A DNA stretch of 64,000 bases from Diplonema japonicum (Eukaryota > Protista > Euglenozoa: Diplonemea), in assembly GCA_964019335.1 (NCBI GenBank), contig OZ025671.1, positions 620,763 through 684,762 on the forward strand, in the 5' to 3' direction. A program made the translations under genes and the position numbers. Shown here piece after piece: positions 56,085 through 64,000 of this stretch (position 1 is the stretch's first letter; each line of letters opens with the position of its first letter). The notes below the pieces were generated by a model. It had not been told where the DNA came from and did no database searches. It saw nothing but the letters and a program-made list of their open reading frames with translations.

Positions 56085-56092
56085 CAAACCCG

Positions 56093-57633
56093 ACTCCACC
56101 CAACCAGGCAATCTGGTTGGGCAGTATGAATCCCCACCCCCTAGATCCCCCCACCCCCCTTTAGAAAAAAAAAATAATAAAATAAAAAAATCACTAGCAG
56201 AGACCGCGGTTTTGACCGCCGCTGCTACAGCCACGGCCGCCCCAGCCGCCCTGAACGCCGCAGCCGACCCTGCCGCCCTGATCGCCGCAACTGAGACCGC
56301 CGCAGCCGCCCCTGCCGCAGCCACGACCGCCGCGACCACGACCCCTGCAGCCGACCCTGCTATTGTTGAAGAGGGAAGAAAAGAGGGAGAAAAAAAGGGG
56401 TGGGTACTGGTGTATGGTGAACACCCTCCCGGGTTGAGGACGGGCCCGGCCCCTGCCTTCCCAAAAGCCCTGCTTTCAGGAAAGTGGGAGGCCCTGTCTG
56501 GGAACTCAGGGAGGGAGACCCTCCAATACGGGTACCGGTGGGAGGGGACGAACGCCAAGGTGCGCCCCACCACGGGGATCCCAGGGGGGGCGGAGGGGTG
56601 GGTGAGGGAGGTGGCCGCCGCCGCAGGGCTCGAGGTGGTCCCCAACCAGGTACTTGTCAACAAGTACAAGTCTGGTTGTGGGATTGCCGCCCACAAGGAC
56701 GACGCGAGGCTGGGACCGATTGTCCTAGTCCTCTCGTACGGAGCCGAGACCACAATGGTCATGAGGAGGGGGGACAGGGTGGCGAAATACCTGGTGCCCC
56801 CCTTCTCATGGGCATTGTTGGAAGGTGAAGCGAGACACCAGTGGACGCACCACATCCCGTCCGGGATGTCCACTGGTGTCAGGGTGTCGATCACCCTGCG
56901 TGCGGTAGGCCCCAAGCTCACCCGCACACCCCAGGAAGACCCATCCCCTGGGTTAACAGACGAACCCCCTTTTTTAGATCCCCTTTTTTGTGGGCAAGGG
57001 GGGGTGGCACTCCCAAGAGAGGATAGTGCCCCACCCGCCCCCTTTTTTTTTTTAGAACCCTCTTCGGAGGAAAACAGACCCTCTTCGGAGGAAAATAGAG
57101 AGAAAGGGGAAGAGGTGGCACTCCCGAGAGAGGGTGGTGCTCCTCCCCCCCATTTGTCCCCCCCTTTTTCATTTTTAGAGCCCTCTCCAGAGGAACCCTC
57201 CACGGAGGTAAAAAACAGACCCTCTTCGGAGGAAAACAGAGAGAGAGGGGAAGAGGTGGCACTCCCGAGAGAGGGTAGTGTTCCTCCCCCCCATTCGTCC
57301 CCCCCTTTTTCTTTTATAGAGCCCTCTCCAGAGGGACCCTCCACGGAGGTGAAAAACAGACCCTCTTCGGAGGAAAAAAAGGCAGAGGGAGAGACAGCAC
57401 ACCCGAGAGAAGGTAGTGCCCCTCCCTCTCTGCCCCCCATTTTTTCTGGACCCTCTACGGAGGTGTACACCCTGGTCCCCAAGGGCCGGGGGCTTTTTTT
57501 GAGGGTGGAAGGGAAAGAAAAAAAAAAAACAAACAAGGAGGAACCTTTTTTCTTTTCAAACAACCAGGGGGACCAGCACCCACCCCCACCGCCCGCCAAG
57601 GTGTGGTTGGGGCGGAGGCTGCGAGCGACGTGA
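56093..57633 (+). CDS. Retrotransposon ORF1: Ala-rich linker, AlkB-family 2OG-Fe(II) dioxygenase, then Pro/Glu tandem repeats; no in-frame ATG before the domain (5'-truncated or non-AUG)
   Basis: 'RETLQYGYRW...PNQVLVNKYKSGCGIAAHKDDARLGPIVLVLSYGA...LLEGEARHQWTHHIP...RVSITLR' contains the AlkB NxY, HxD, distal H and RxSxTxR residues. Confidence 0.88.
56985..57470 (+). repeat. ~140-bp coding tandem repeat in ORF1 (GEEVALPREG.APPPH.SPPFSF.EPSPE.PSTEVKNRPSSEE)
   Basis: About 3.5 copies visible in both DNA and protein. Confidence 0.9.
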
Positions 57634-60600
57634 GAGCACCACTGCACACCCTTGTGAGAAGACAGAAAAGAGCCCCCTGGATTGCCATGGGTGGCAGGGA
57701 ACCTAAGCCAGCGCCCAAGCGGAAGAAGAACAGGAGGAGGCACAGGAGCGAAACGGCCCTTCAGAGGCGTCGGGAGAAGAGGACCAAGGCGAGGGAGGGG
57801 GCGAGGGAGGCTGCCAGACAGGAGAAGAAAAGGCACCGTCGTGCGAGGAAAGAAGGGAGGAGGAGGGCCCGCAGAGAGGAACACGAGGCCGCCCTGGAAC
57901 AGAAGCCAGATGACCCTGCAATGGGGCTGAAGCGGACCGAGGTGGGAACGCCTGGAGCCCAACCCCTGGCACCCAGAATCCCGGCACCTGGGGCTGCAAC
58001 CGGCACAAGGAGGCACCGCAGACGGACGGGACACAGCAAGGAAGGGGTGAGATGGGAGCACCTGGGGGCGTGGGCCTGGGTCGCCCTGTTCTCCCTCTTG
58101 CTGATCCCAGGGGTGAGGCAGGTGCTGGGGGCGGGCATCGGGATGGCCCCCTCCTTCCTGCATGCGGCAGTGTTGTGGAAGAGGCCGGGGAGCGACAGGA
58201 GGACCACCCGCAGGTCAAGGGTACAGGTGGGGCCCCGAGGGGATGAATGGTCCGCCGGGGAGCTCGCTTGGCTAGCAGTAGGGGGCACTCTGGTGGGAAG
58301 CACTTCAGTTTGGATAGGGGGGCTGATGTCGCTCTGGGCCATGTCGGAAGTGATGGTGGGGAAAGCTGGTGCTGACCCGACCCAGAGATTCGGACCGGTA
58401 AAGCTGAGGAAGACAAGACGCGGATCGAGAGGTCACTACCTGCCGGTGTACTTGGGCCCGCCTAGAAGCTCAAGACGCAGAAAAAAGAAGGAGGACGCCA
58501 AGCAAGCGGCGAAGGAACGAGCTGAGACGGAGGATAAGCTCTTTCAGGCCGAACACCTGGACCCCTTTGCGGACTTGACGCTGGCAGGGGACGCGTTGCA
58601 AGGAGGTGGTGACACTCCCCCCATGGATTTGGATGATGAGCACACGGAGGCGCAGAAGGAGGGGGAAAAAGAAGGAACAGACAAACATCAATGCCGGATG
58701 GAAGGCTGCTCTTTCCACACCAGTGTGGCAAGCTGTCTAGTTAAACACCTCAATGCGGTCCACCATCATTTTGTGAAACAAGAGCAGGCGAGGAACATGA
58801 AGGTGAACCTCTGTGGAACGTGTGCTGCGGCGTGCTCGTCGAACCAGACGCACTGTGCACTACACAGGCAGCGGAATCTGTGGAACCCCGACAAACAACC
58901 CAGGGCCGGCAAGTCAGTGGACGAGATCATGAAGAGCTTCAAGCTGACGAGGAGATCGACGGAGAAGGACGGGAACTGCATGTTCCACGCCCTGGCCGGT
59001 TCGCTCGGGGAAGCCTACGGGGACCACACCCACATCAGGAGCGAGGTTGTAGAATGGATGAAACACCGGGAGGAGCACTATGCCCCGTTTTGCAGCGAGG
59101 GTTGGGACCGGTACTTGGAAGGGATGGGCACAGTGGCGACGTGGGGAGACCACTTGTGCCTGGCAGCCGCAGCACAAGCGTTTGGCCACACGATACTCGT
59201 GGTTGCTGGGGGGAACAACCCAGTCCTGATGATAGGGGAGTACAACTCCGACCACGAGAAGGTGGTGGTGCTGGCGTACAACGGCAACCACTACGAGTAT
59301 GCAGTCGGAGAGGAGGAGTCGATGATGATGCTCCTTGATGAGTCCCAATCGGTTGCTCTACAAAAGGCAGGTAAGCAACCCTCCGAGGCCCCGGGTGAGG
59401 ACATCGGGGAGTGGGACATAATAGACCGTGCGATCCCTGGATACGGGAAGGCAGGGGTGTTGGACCAGATGGGGGCAAGGAACCAGCAATTCCTGTACTG
59501 TCCGGTGGCGAACTGCGCTAGGTCGAAGTGCAAAAGCACGACCCCGTTCAACTCGACAAGGGTATGGAAGTGTCACCTGGATGGGCACCTGGAGAGTGAT
59601 GAGATCCCGGAGAGCGTTCTGAGGAGACTGGACCTCGAGAGGTGCCTGGTGTGCAGGGGCTGTGTGTGGAAGGGTCAGGGGTGCCACGACGAGTGCAAAA
59701 AGGCGGTGCGAAGGGAAGGGGAATACACGACCCCCCCGCCAGCCCCGACGAGGACCGAGTTACCCAGCCTGGAAGCCATAGCCGCCATGAACGTCACGAC
59801 CATGGGGTCGATCCCGACGAGCCTTCAAAGACTGTGGGGGCTTACCCTTAAGCACACTCTGGGCCGGGCGGTGAAGGACAACACAGAGGAGGCTTGGCTG
59901 CTGGTGGCGATGCTCCCCAAAGCCTGCCTGTGGAAGAAGAGGGGAGGGAAGAAGCGGGACAAGGAGACGGAGCTGAGTGTCCAGGCCAGATTGGAGGAGT
60001 GGGAGAAGGGAAATTACATGGCCCTCTGGAATAAGCTGGAATCAGGTGAGAAGGGGGAACCTAAGAACGACGAGGTCTCTAAGGTCGCCAGGGCCACGGA
60101 ACTGTGCAGCAAAGGGAGGTTCTCGGCAGGAAACGCGGCGCTTGTAGCCCAGGGGCTGGCGGAAGACAATGAGGATTGTTGGAGAGCGCTGCAGAGCAAA
60201 CATCCAGAGCCACTACACCCCCAATGGGACAACCCGGCGAAGACGAAGGAAGCGGTAGAAGTCTTGCCGGAAGAAGTGCTGGACGCAATCAGGGACTTCC
60301 CGAGGGGGACTGCTGCGGGACCGACTGGTCTGAGAGCCCAGCACATCAAGGACGCGGTGGACGGAGCTTTTGAGTCTCAAGGCTGTTTGATGTCGGTGAC
60401 GAGGGCAGTCAACGCATTAGCTAGAGGCACGGCCCCTAGGGAGGTGGCTCCGCTGATGGCAGGGGCGAACCTTGTGGCCCTCAAGAAGAACGACAGGGAC
60501 GTGCGGCCCATAGCCGTTGGGGATGTGCTGCGTCGGCTGGTGGGGAAATCCCTTGTGAAGAAGATCGCTCCGGAAGTGGCCTCTTCGTACCTGAAGAAAG

Positions 60601-63173
60601 GCGGCCAGGTGGGGGTATCGGTCCCTGCTGGAATGGAGGCGGCTATACACACCATCAGGCAGTATGTGGACAGGGAACGGGGCAACAAGCAGGAAAACAA
60701 GGTGATCCTCAAGATCGACTACGCCAACGCCTTCAACAGTGTTTGTCGGAGACAGCTGTGCTCACAGGCCTATGAGCAAGCGTCGGGGCTGTATGCGTGG
60801 GCCGATTGGTGCTACAGGGTGCCCTCCCAATTATACTACAACGGAAAGGTGATTAAGTCCCAGGAAGGGGTGCAACAGGGGGACCCGATGGGACCGCTGC
60901 TGTTCTCTCTGGCCATCCAACCCCTGGTGAACAAGATAAGTGAAGACTGCAACCTGGACATCCTCCAGTTCTACCTGGACGATGGCGTCCTTGTGGGGAA
61001 TGTGGATGAAGTGAGAAAGGCGTACAACATCTTGTGTGAGCTGAGCGGAATGATAGGGCTGAAAGTGAAACCCCAGAAGTGCGAGCTCATATGGGTTAGT
61101 GGCGACCTCCCCCAGACAGTGGAGGACACAGGCTTCGATGGCCTGACAGAAGAGAATTTCCACAAAGAGAGGAACTTCATGCTCCTGGGGGCGCCGATAG
61201 GATCGCCGGAGTACACGCAAGCCTTTCTGAACAAACGCTTGGACGCGCTGGAAGAGAACTTCGACATGCTGACCAAGGTGGGGAGGCAGACAGGGTACAC
61301 ACTTCTCCGGTATTGCAGCTCATACAGCAAACTGGTGTTTTACATGAGAGTGGTCCCAGACTCGCATGTGGGAGGGGTCATGCACAGGTTCGACGAGATG
61401 GTGCGGAAGACGATGTCGAAGGTGTGCGGCATGCAGTTCGAGAGCGGGTCGAAAGAATGGCAGCAGGCGAAACTGTCCGTAAAAGTCGGTGGGCTTGGGA
61501 TGAGGAGCTGCCAGGAGCACCTGCGCGCGGCCAACATGGCTTCGAGGGCGTCGACGATGAAGCTGTGCAAGGAGCTGGATCCCAAATACGAACATGGGCT
61601 GGAAGGGGGTGTATGGGGGAGCTGGCTCGAGTGGTTCAACAGGACGAAAGGCGGCATGCAGATTACACCCGACATGGTGGCCAAGGCCCCCCACATCTGC
61701 AGCCAGAGGTGGCTCTCTAGGGTGCTTGATGAGAAGGCGCTGGAGGACCTCTTGGCGAAAGCAGATGCACGCTCGAGAGCGAGGTTGATGTCGGAGTCAA
61801 TGCACTATGCGGGGGCGTGGTTGACGGCGACGCCTGACTTCTACAACCAGCTGTCGGACAACGAGTTTGGGGCTCTGATCAAGTGGTGGTTGGGGGCTCC
61901 GGTCTACAAGCAGGGTGAGAGCTGCCACGACCCGAGGTGCAAGACTGAGGGGATGGACGTATGGGGTGACCATGCCCAGGGATGCGGCAACGCCAGGATT
62001 GCGAGGCACGACCGGGTGAAGGAGACCATCCACAGACACTGTCAGTGGGCCGGGGTGAGCGCAACGATGGAGAAGACGGGGCTGATCCCGGGGTCGTCCC
62101 AGCGCCCGGCGGACGTGTTCTTCCCAGGTGGGGTGGGGGGTTCCCGCCCAATGGCTATGGACGTGGTCATCGTGCACCCGAGGAACGAGTCTTGTGTCAA
62201 CCAGGCGGCGAAGACTGCGGGGTACGCAGCGGCGAAGGCGGAACACTACAAGCGCCAGAAGTATGAGGCGGAGCTCGCCAAGACACGCGTGGCCTTTGTA
62301 CCTTTCGCGATGGAGACCTTTGGGGGGTTCGGGGAGGCAGCAGTCTACCTCACGAAGAAACTGTCCAGGAGCATAGCTGCGCGGGCTCACGGGGACAGAG
62401 TCTCGATACACAGGCGTGTGGTCCAAGAGGTGTCAACGGCCATGATGAGATCGATAGCAGGGGCGCTGTTAGTCAAAGGGCCTGTACAGTTGGATCCAGG
62501 GCCCCCGGTACCGGACGGCGAAGAGGAAAAAAAGGACAACGAGGAAGCGAACAACGAACCCAACACTGAATCCAACACTGACCTCACAGAGGACTCCTTC
62601 GGCAATGAAAAAACCACCGAAGCTGAGGAGTCGTCCGAGAGGGAAGTGAAGGGACAGGGAGGCGGACCCCCAATCACGGTGGCCCACCAGCTGGATGCCC
62701 TTCTGGAGCAGACGAAGAAGGACCTGGACGCCCGAATGCAGCAGCAGCGAAAGGCGGAACCGGTGGAGGGTGGAACACAAGGGAAAGCGGGAGCAGGACT
62801 CGAAGCAGCCTCGCCGGGAGGAGAAGACACGGAGATGGCCGGAACAGGATCCAGCGAGAGGGCTGGGCAGGGAGGGGAGCTTGACCCGAAGGCCCAGGAA
62901 GATGGGAAGAGACAAGGGGCGACTGACGCTGCGGTGAACCAGACCTTGGACCAGTGTCCTAAGGGGGATACGGAGGCCCAGAGGGACTCGAACAAGGGGG
63001 ACCAGAGTGCGACAACTGCTACGAGGAAGATGACCGTGAGCGAATTCTGTAGGGAACAAGCTGCGAAGAGACAGGGCGGTGGGAGGACTCTGAAGCCGCA
63101 GGCGGATGACGCCCCCGAAGGGACCAAAGAGGGCGGGAACGCACCGAGCGGAGGCAGCCAGTCGGGGCCTTGA
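57603..63173 (+). CDS. Retrotransposon ORF2: basic/hydrophobic N-terminus, C2H2 zinc fingers, OTU cysteine protease, reverse transcriptase, CCHC plus PD-(D/E)xK restriction-like endonuclease
   Basis: ZnF 'CRMEGC..H...H' and 'CPVANC...HLDGH'. OTU 'DGNCMFHALA...WGDHLCL...YNGNHY'. RT 'AAGPTG','RPIAVGDVLRRL','KIDYANAFNSV','GVQQGDPMGPLLF','FYLDDG','LLGAPIG','GGLGM'. RLE 'CHDPRC...DHAQGC...RHD...RPADV...D...KRQKY...FVPFAMETFGGFG'. Confidence 0.96.
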   Translation: MVGAEAASDVRAPLHTLVRRQKRAPWIAMGGREPKPAPKRKKNRRRHRSETALQRRREKRTKAREGAREAARQEKKRHRRARKEGRRRARREEHEAALEQKPDDPAMGLKRTEVGTPGAQPLAPRIPAPGAATGTRRHRRRTGHSKEGVRWEHLGAWAWVALFSLLLIPGVRQVLGAGIGMAPSFLHAAVLWKRPGSDRRTTRRSRVQVGPRGDEWSAGELAWLAVGGTLVGSTSVWIGGLMSLWAMSEVMVGKAGADPTQRFGPVKLRKTRRGSRGHYLPVYLGPPRSSRRRKKKEDAKQAAKERAETEDKLFQAEHLDPFADLTLAGDALQGGGDTPPMDLDDEHTEAQKEGEKEGTDKHQCRMEGCSFHTSVASCLVKHLNAVHHHFVKQEQARNMKVNLCGTCAAACSSNQTHCALHRQRNLWNPDKQPRAGKSVDEIMKSFKLTRRSTEKDGNCMFHALAGSLGEAYGDHTHIRSEVVEWMKHREEHYAPFCSEGWDRYLEGMGTVATWGDHLCLAAAAQAFGHTILVVAGGNNPVLMIGEYNSDHEKVVVLAYNGNHYEYAVGEEESMMMLLDESQSVALQKAGKQPSEAPGEDIGEWDIIDRAIPGYGKAGVLDQMGARNQQFLYCPVANCARSKCKSTTPFNSTRVWKCHLDGHLESDEIPESVLRRLDLERCLVCRGCVWKGQGCHDECKKAVRREGEYTTPPPAPTRTELPSLEAIAAMNVTTMGSIPTSLQRLWGLTLKHTLGRAVKDNTEEAWLLVAMLPKACLWKKRGGKKRDKETELSVQARLEEWEKGNYMALWNKLESGEKGEPKNDEVSKVARATELCSKGRFSAGNAALVAQGLAEDNEDCWRALQSKHPEPLHPQWDNPAKTKEAVEVLPEEVLDAIRDFPRGTAAGPTGLRAQHIKDAVDGAFESQGCLMSVTRAVNALARGTAPREVAPLMAGANLVALKKNDRDVRPIAVGDVLRRLVGKSLVKKIAPEVASSYLKKGGQVGVSVPAGMEAAIHTIRQYVDRERGNKQENKVILKIDYANAFNSVCRRQLCSQAYEQASGLYAWADWCYRVPSQLYYNGKVIKSQEGVQQGDPMGPLLFSLAIQPLVNKISEDCNLDILQFYLDDGVLVGNVDEVRKAYNILCELSGMIGLKVKPQKCELIWVSGDLPQTVEDTGFDGLTEENFHKERNFMLLGAPIGSPEYTQAFLNKRLDALEENFDMLTKVGRQTGYTLLRYCSSYSKLVFYMRVVPDSHVGGVMHRFDEMVRKTMSKVCGMQFESGSKEWQQAKLSVKVGGLGMRSCQEHLRAANMASRASTMKLCKELDPKYEHGLEGGVWGSWLEWFNRTKGGMQITPDMVAKAPHICSQRWLSRVLDEKALEDLLAKADARSRARLMSESMHYAGAWLTATPDFYNQLSDNEFGALIKWWLGAPVYKQGESCHDPRCKTEGMDVWGDHAQGCGNARIARHDRVKETIHRHCQWAGVSATMEKTGLIPGSSQRPADVFFPGGVGGSRPMAMDVVIVHPRNESCVNQAAKTAGYAAAKAEHYKRQKYEAELAKTRVAFVPFAMETFGGFGEAAVYLTKKLSRSIAARAHGDRVSIHRRVVQEVSTAMMRSIAGALLVKGPVQLDPGPPVPDGEEEKKDNEEANNEPNTESNTDLTEDSFGNEKTTEAEESSEREVKGQGGGPPITVAHQLDALLEQTKKDLDARMQQQRKAEPVEGGTQGKAGAGLEAASPGGEDTEMAGTGSSERAGQGGELDPKAQEDGKRQGATDAAVNQTLDQCPKGDTEAQRDSNKGDQSATTATRKMTVSEFCREQAAKRQGGGRTLKPQADDAPEGTKEGGNAPSGGSQSGP

Positions 63174-64000
63174 CACACCTAGGGGTGGGATCCAGACGCC
63201 GGAGGGAGATCAGCTGATGGGAGTCGGGGCACCGGAAAGGGAACAGCAGGTGGAAGTAGGGGGAGACTTCGTTCAGCTTGACCCGATTGATGTGGTGATG
63301 GGCATCCCAATTCCGAGAGCGATGGCGCCACTGAGGGCGAGGCCGGGGGACCGACTGCTCAAGTTCATCATCCAGTTCGAGGGCCGGGTGGAGATCATCC
63401 TTGAAGAAGGAACGGACCCTGGAAGGGAGAGGACTGAGGAGATGCTTCTTGCGAAGGCCGAGTCGCTGGGTGTTCCACTGGAGGTGGCTATGGCTGGCCA
63501 GATTGGTATCGCTGGACTTGGATACATGATGGTAAAGCAGTACTTCGCAAGCTTGGAAGGTGGGTCGGACGGAGAGCGCCGCAGCCGCATTGTGGGTTGT
63601 GAGGTGCAGAAGTCGGAAACATACCGCGAGTTCGAGTTCCCGAGGACGGTCCAGGATTTCCAGATCACGTACGTGTGTGGGTGTTCGGCGGTGCAACCTG
63701 TTCGTTTCAAGGGTGGCGTGCTCAAGGGGACTCTGGAAACGGCATGGAGGGTGGTCAAGTTGCAGACCCGGGGGTGCAGACACCACCCGACACCGGGGAA
63801 GGAAGGGGTAGTGGGCATTGCGGCGGGAGCCGGCGCTACCAAGGTGACACTACGTGAGTTCCGCAAACCCGCAAACCCGCAAACCCGCAAACCCGCAAAC
63901 CCGCAAACCCGCAAACCCGCAAACCCGCAAACCCGCAAACCCGCAAACCCCGCAAACCCCGCAAACCCCGCAAACCCCGCAAACCCCGCAAACCCCGCAA
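63106..64000 (+). CDS. Retrotransposon ORF3 (unknown function, ~250 aa) that runs without a stop into the repeat array
   Basis: ATG 63106 (second ATG 63217): 'MTPPKG...MGVGAPEREQQVEVGGDFVQLDPIDVVMG...LLKFIIQFEGRVEIILEEG...YMMVKQYFASLEGG...YVCGC...RGCRHHP...KVTLREF' then (RKPANPQT)n. It is missing from the ORF track because no stop occurs. Confidence 0.6.
   Translation, partial: MTPPKGPKRAGTHRAEAASRGLDTPRGGIQTPEGDQLMGVGAPEREQQVEVGGDFVQLDPIDVVMGIPIPRAMAPLRARPGDRLLKFIIQFEGRVEIILEEGTDPGRERTEEMLLAKAESLGVPLEVAMAGQIGIAGLGYMMVKQYFASLEGGSDGERRSRIVGCEVQKSETYREFEFPRTVQDFQITYVCGCSAVQPVRFKGGVLKGTLETAWRVVKLQTRGCRHHPTPGKEGVVGIAAGAGATKVTLREFRKPANPQTRKPANPQTRKPANPQTRKPANPANPANPANPANPANPA
63861..64000. repeat. 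Telomere-like tandem array (CCCGCAAA)x~11 then (CCCCGCAAA)x~6; reverse complement TTTGCGGG(G)
   Basis: Perfect tandem units to the window end. Confidence 0.95.

Larger units (their letters stand above)
56093..63860 (+). mobile_element. Non-LTR retrotransposon, CRE/SLACS/CZAR-like RLE clade, with AlkB and OTU accessory domains; bounded by GCAAACCCG (56084-56092) and (CCCGCAAA)n (63861ff)
   Basis: Three overlapping plus-strand ORFs (see below); GC- and CpG-rich, with no frame disruptions in the RT ORF. Confidence 0.92.

Noticed and set aside
55959-58163. 734-aa minus-strand ORF
   Set aside because: Antisense shadow of the GC-rich retroelement ORF1/ORF2; low-complexity, no motifs.
62478-62504. 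'LLVKGPVQLDPGP' resembling a 2A/StopGo peptide (also 'LTLAGDALQ' at ~58575)
   Set aside because: Lacks the essential D-(V/I)-E-x-N-P-G-P residues; similarity is too weak.
63948-64000. Switch from 8-mer to 9-mer repeat unit as a biologically distinct repeat
   Set aside because: It could be a homopolymer consensus error near a low-coverage end; cannot be judged without reads.
1-64000. tRNA, rRNA or a complete SL RNA gene
   Set aside because: None recognisable by eye; only a 13-nt SL-like match at 54417-54429.

Overview
Eukaryotic nuclear DNA, most likely a euglenozoan protist (diplemonid/kinetoplastid-like: the Rieske protein carries the euglenozoan-type N-terminal extension with 'KYG...P..C...EV..NTYP.G...GR'). 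Bases 1-48.8 kb are a tightly packed array of about 24 protein genes, ALL on the minus strand (polycistronic-style). They include an outer-arm dynein heavy chain, PDE, Kelch-IQ, HDDC2, a fused 2-oxoacid dehydrogenase E1 alpha/beta, Rieske ISP, DRC3, transportin-SR, CAF1, a NYN-CSD-CCCH protein and TrmO. About 19 tiny (31-38 nt) GT-AG introns interrupt them and explain most split ORFs in the ORF track. From 48.8 kb the window becomes a repeat/transposon zone: a 390-bp-arm palindrome, a mosaic of a dispersed repeat, a dead piggyBac, and about 2.3 kb with no CpG. It ends in a head-to-tail stack of retro-copies punctuated by short (CCCGCAAA)n tracts. The youngest member is an apparently intact CRE/SLACS-clade non-LTR retrotransposon (56.1-63.9 kb). 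Unusually, it encodes an AlkB-family 2OG-Fe(II) dioxygenase upstream of a ZnF-OTU protease-RT-restriction-like endonuclease ORF, plus a third ORF that runs without a stop into a telomere-like (CCCGCAAA)n array. This AlkB+OTU retroelement, its repeat-tract junctions and the neighbouring CpG-decay signature are the best candidate for an undescribed system. All calls are from reading the sequence by eye; no database search was run.
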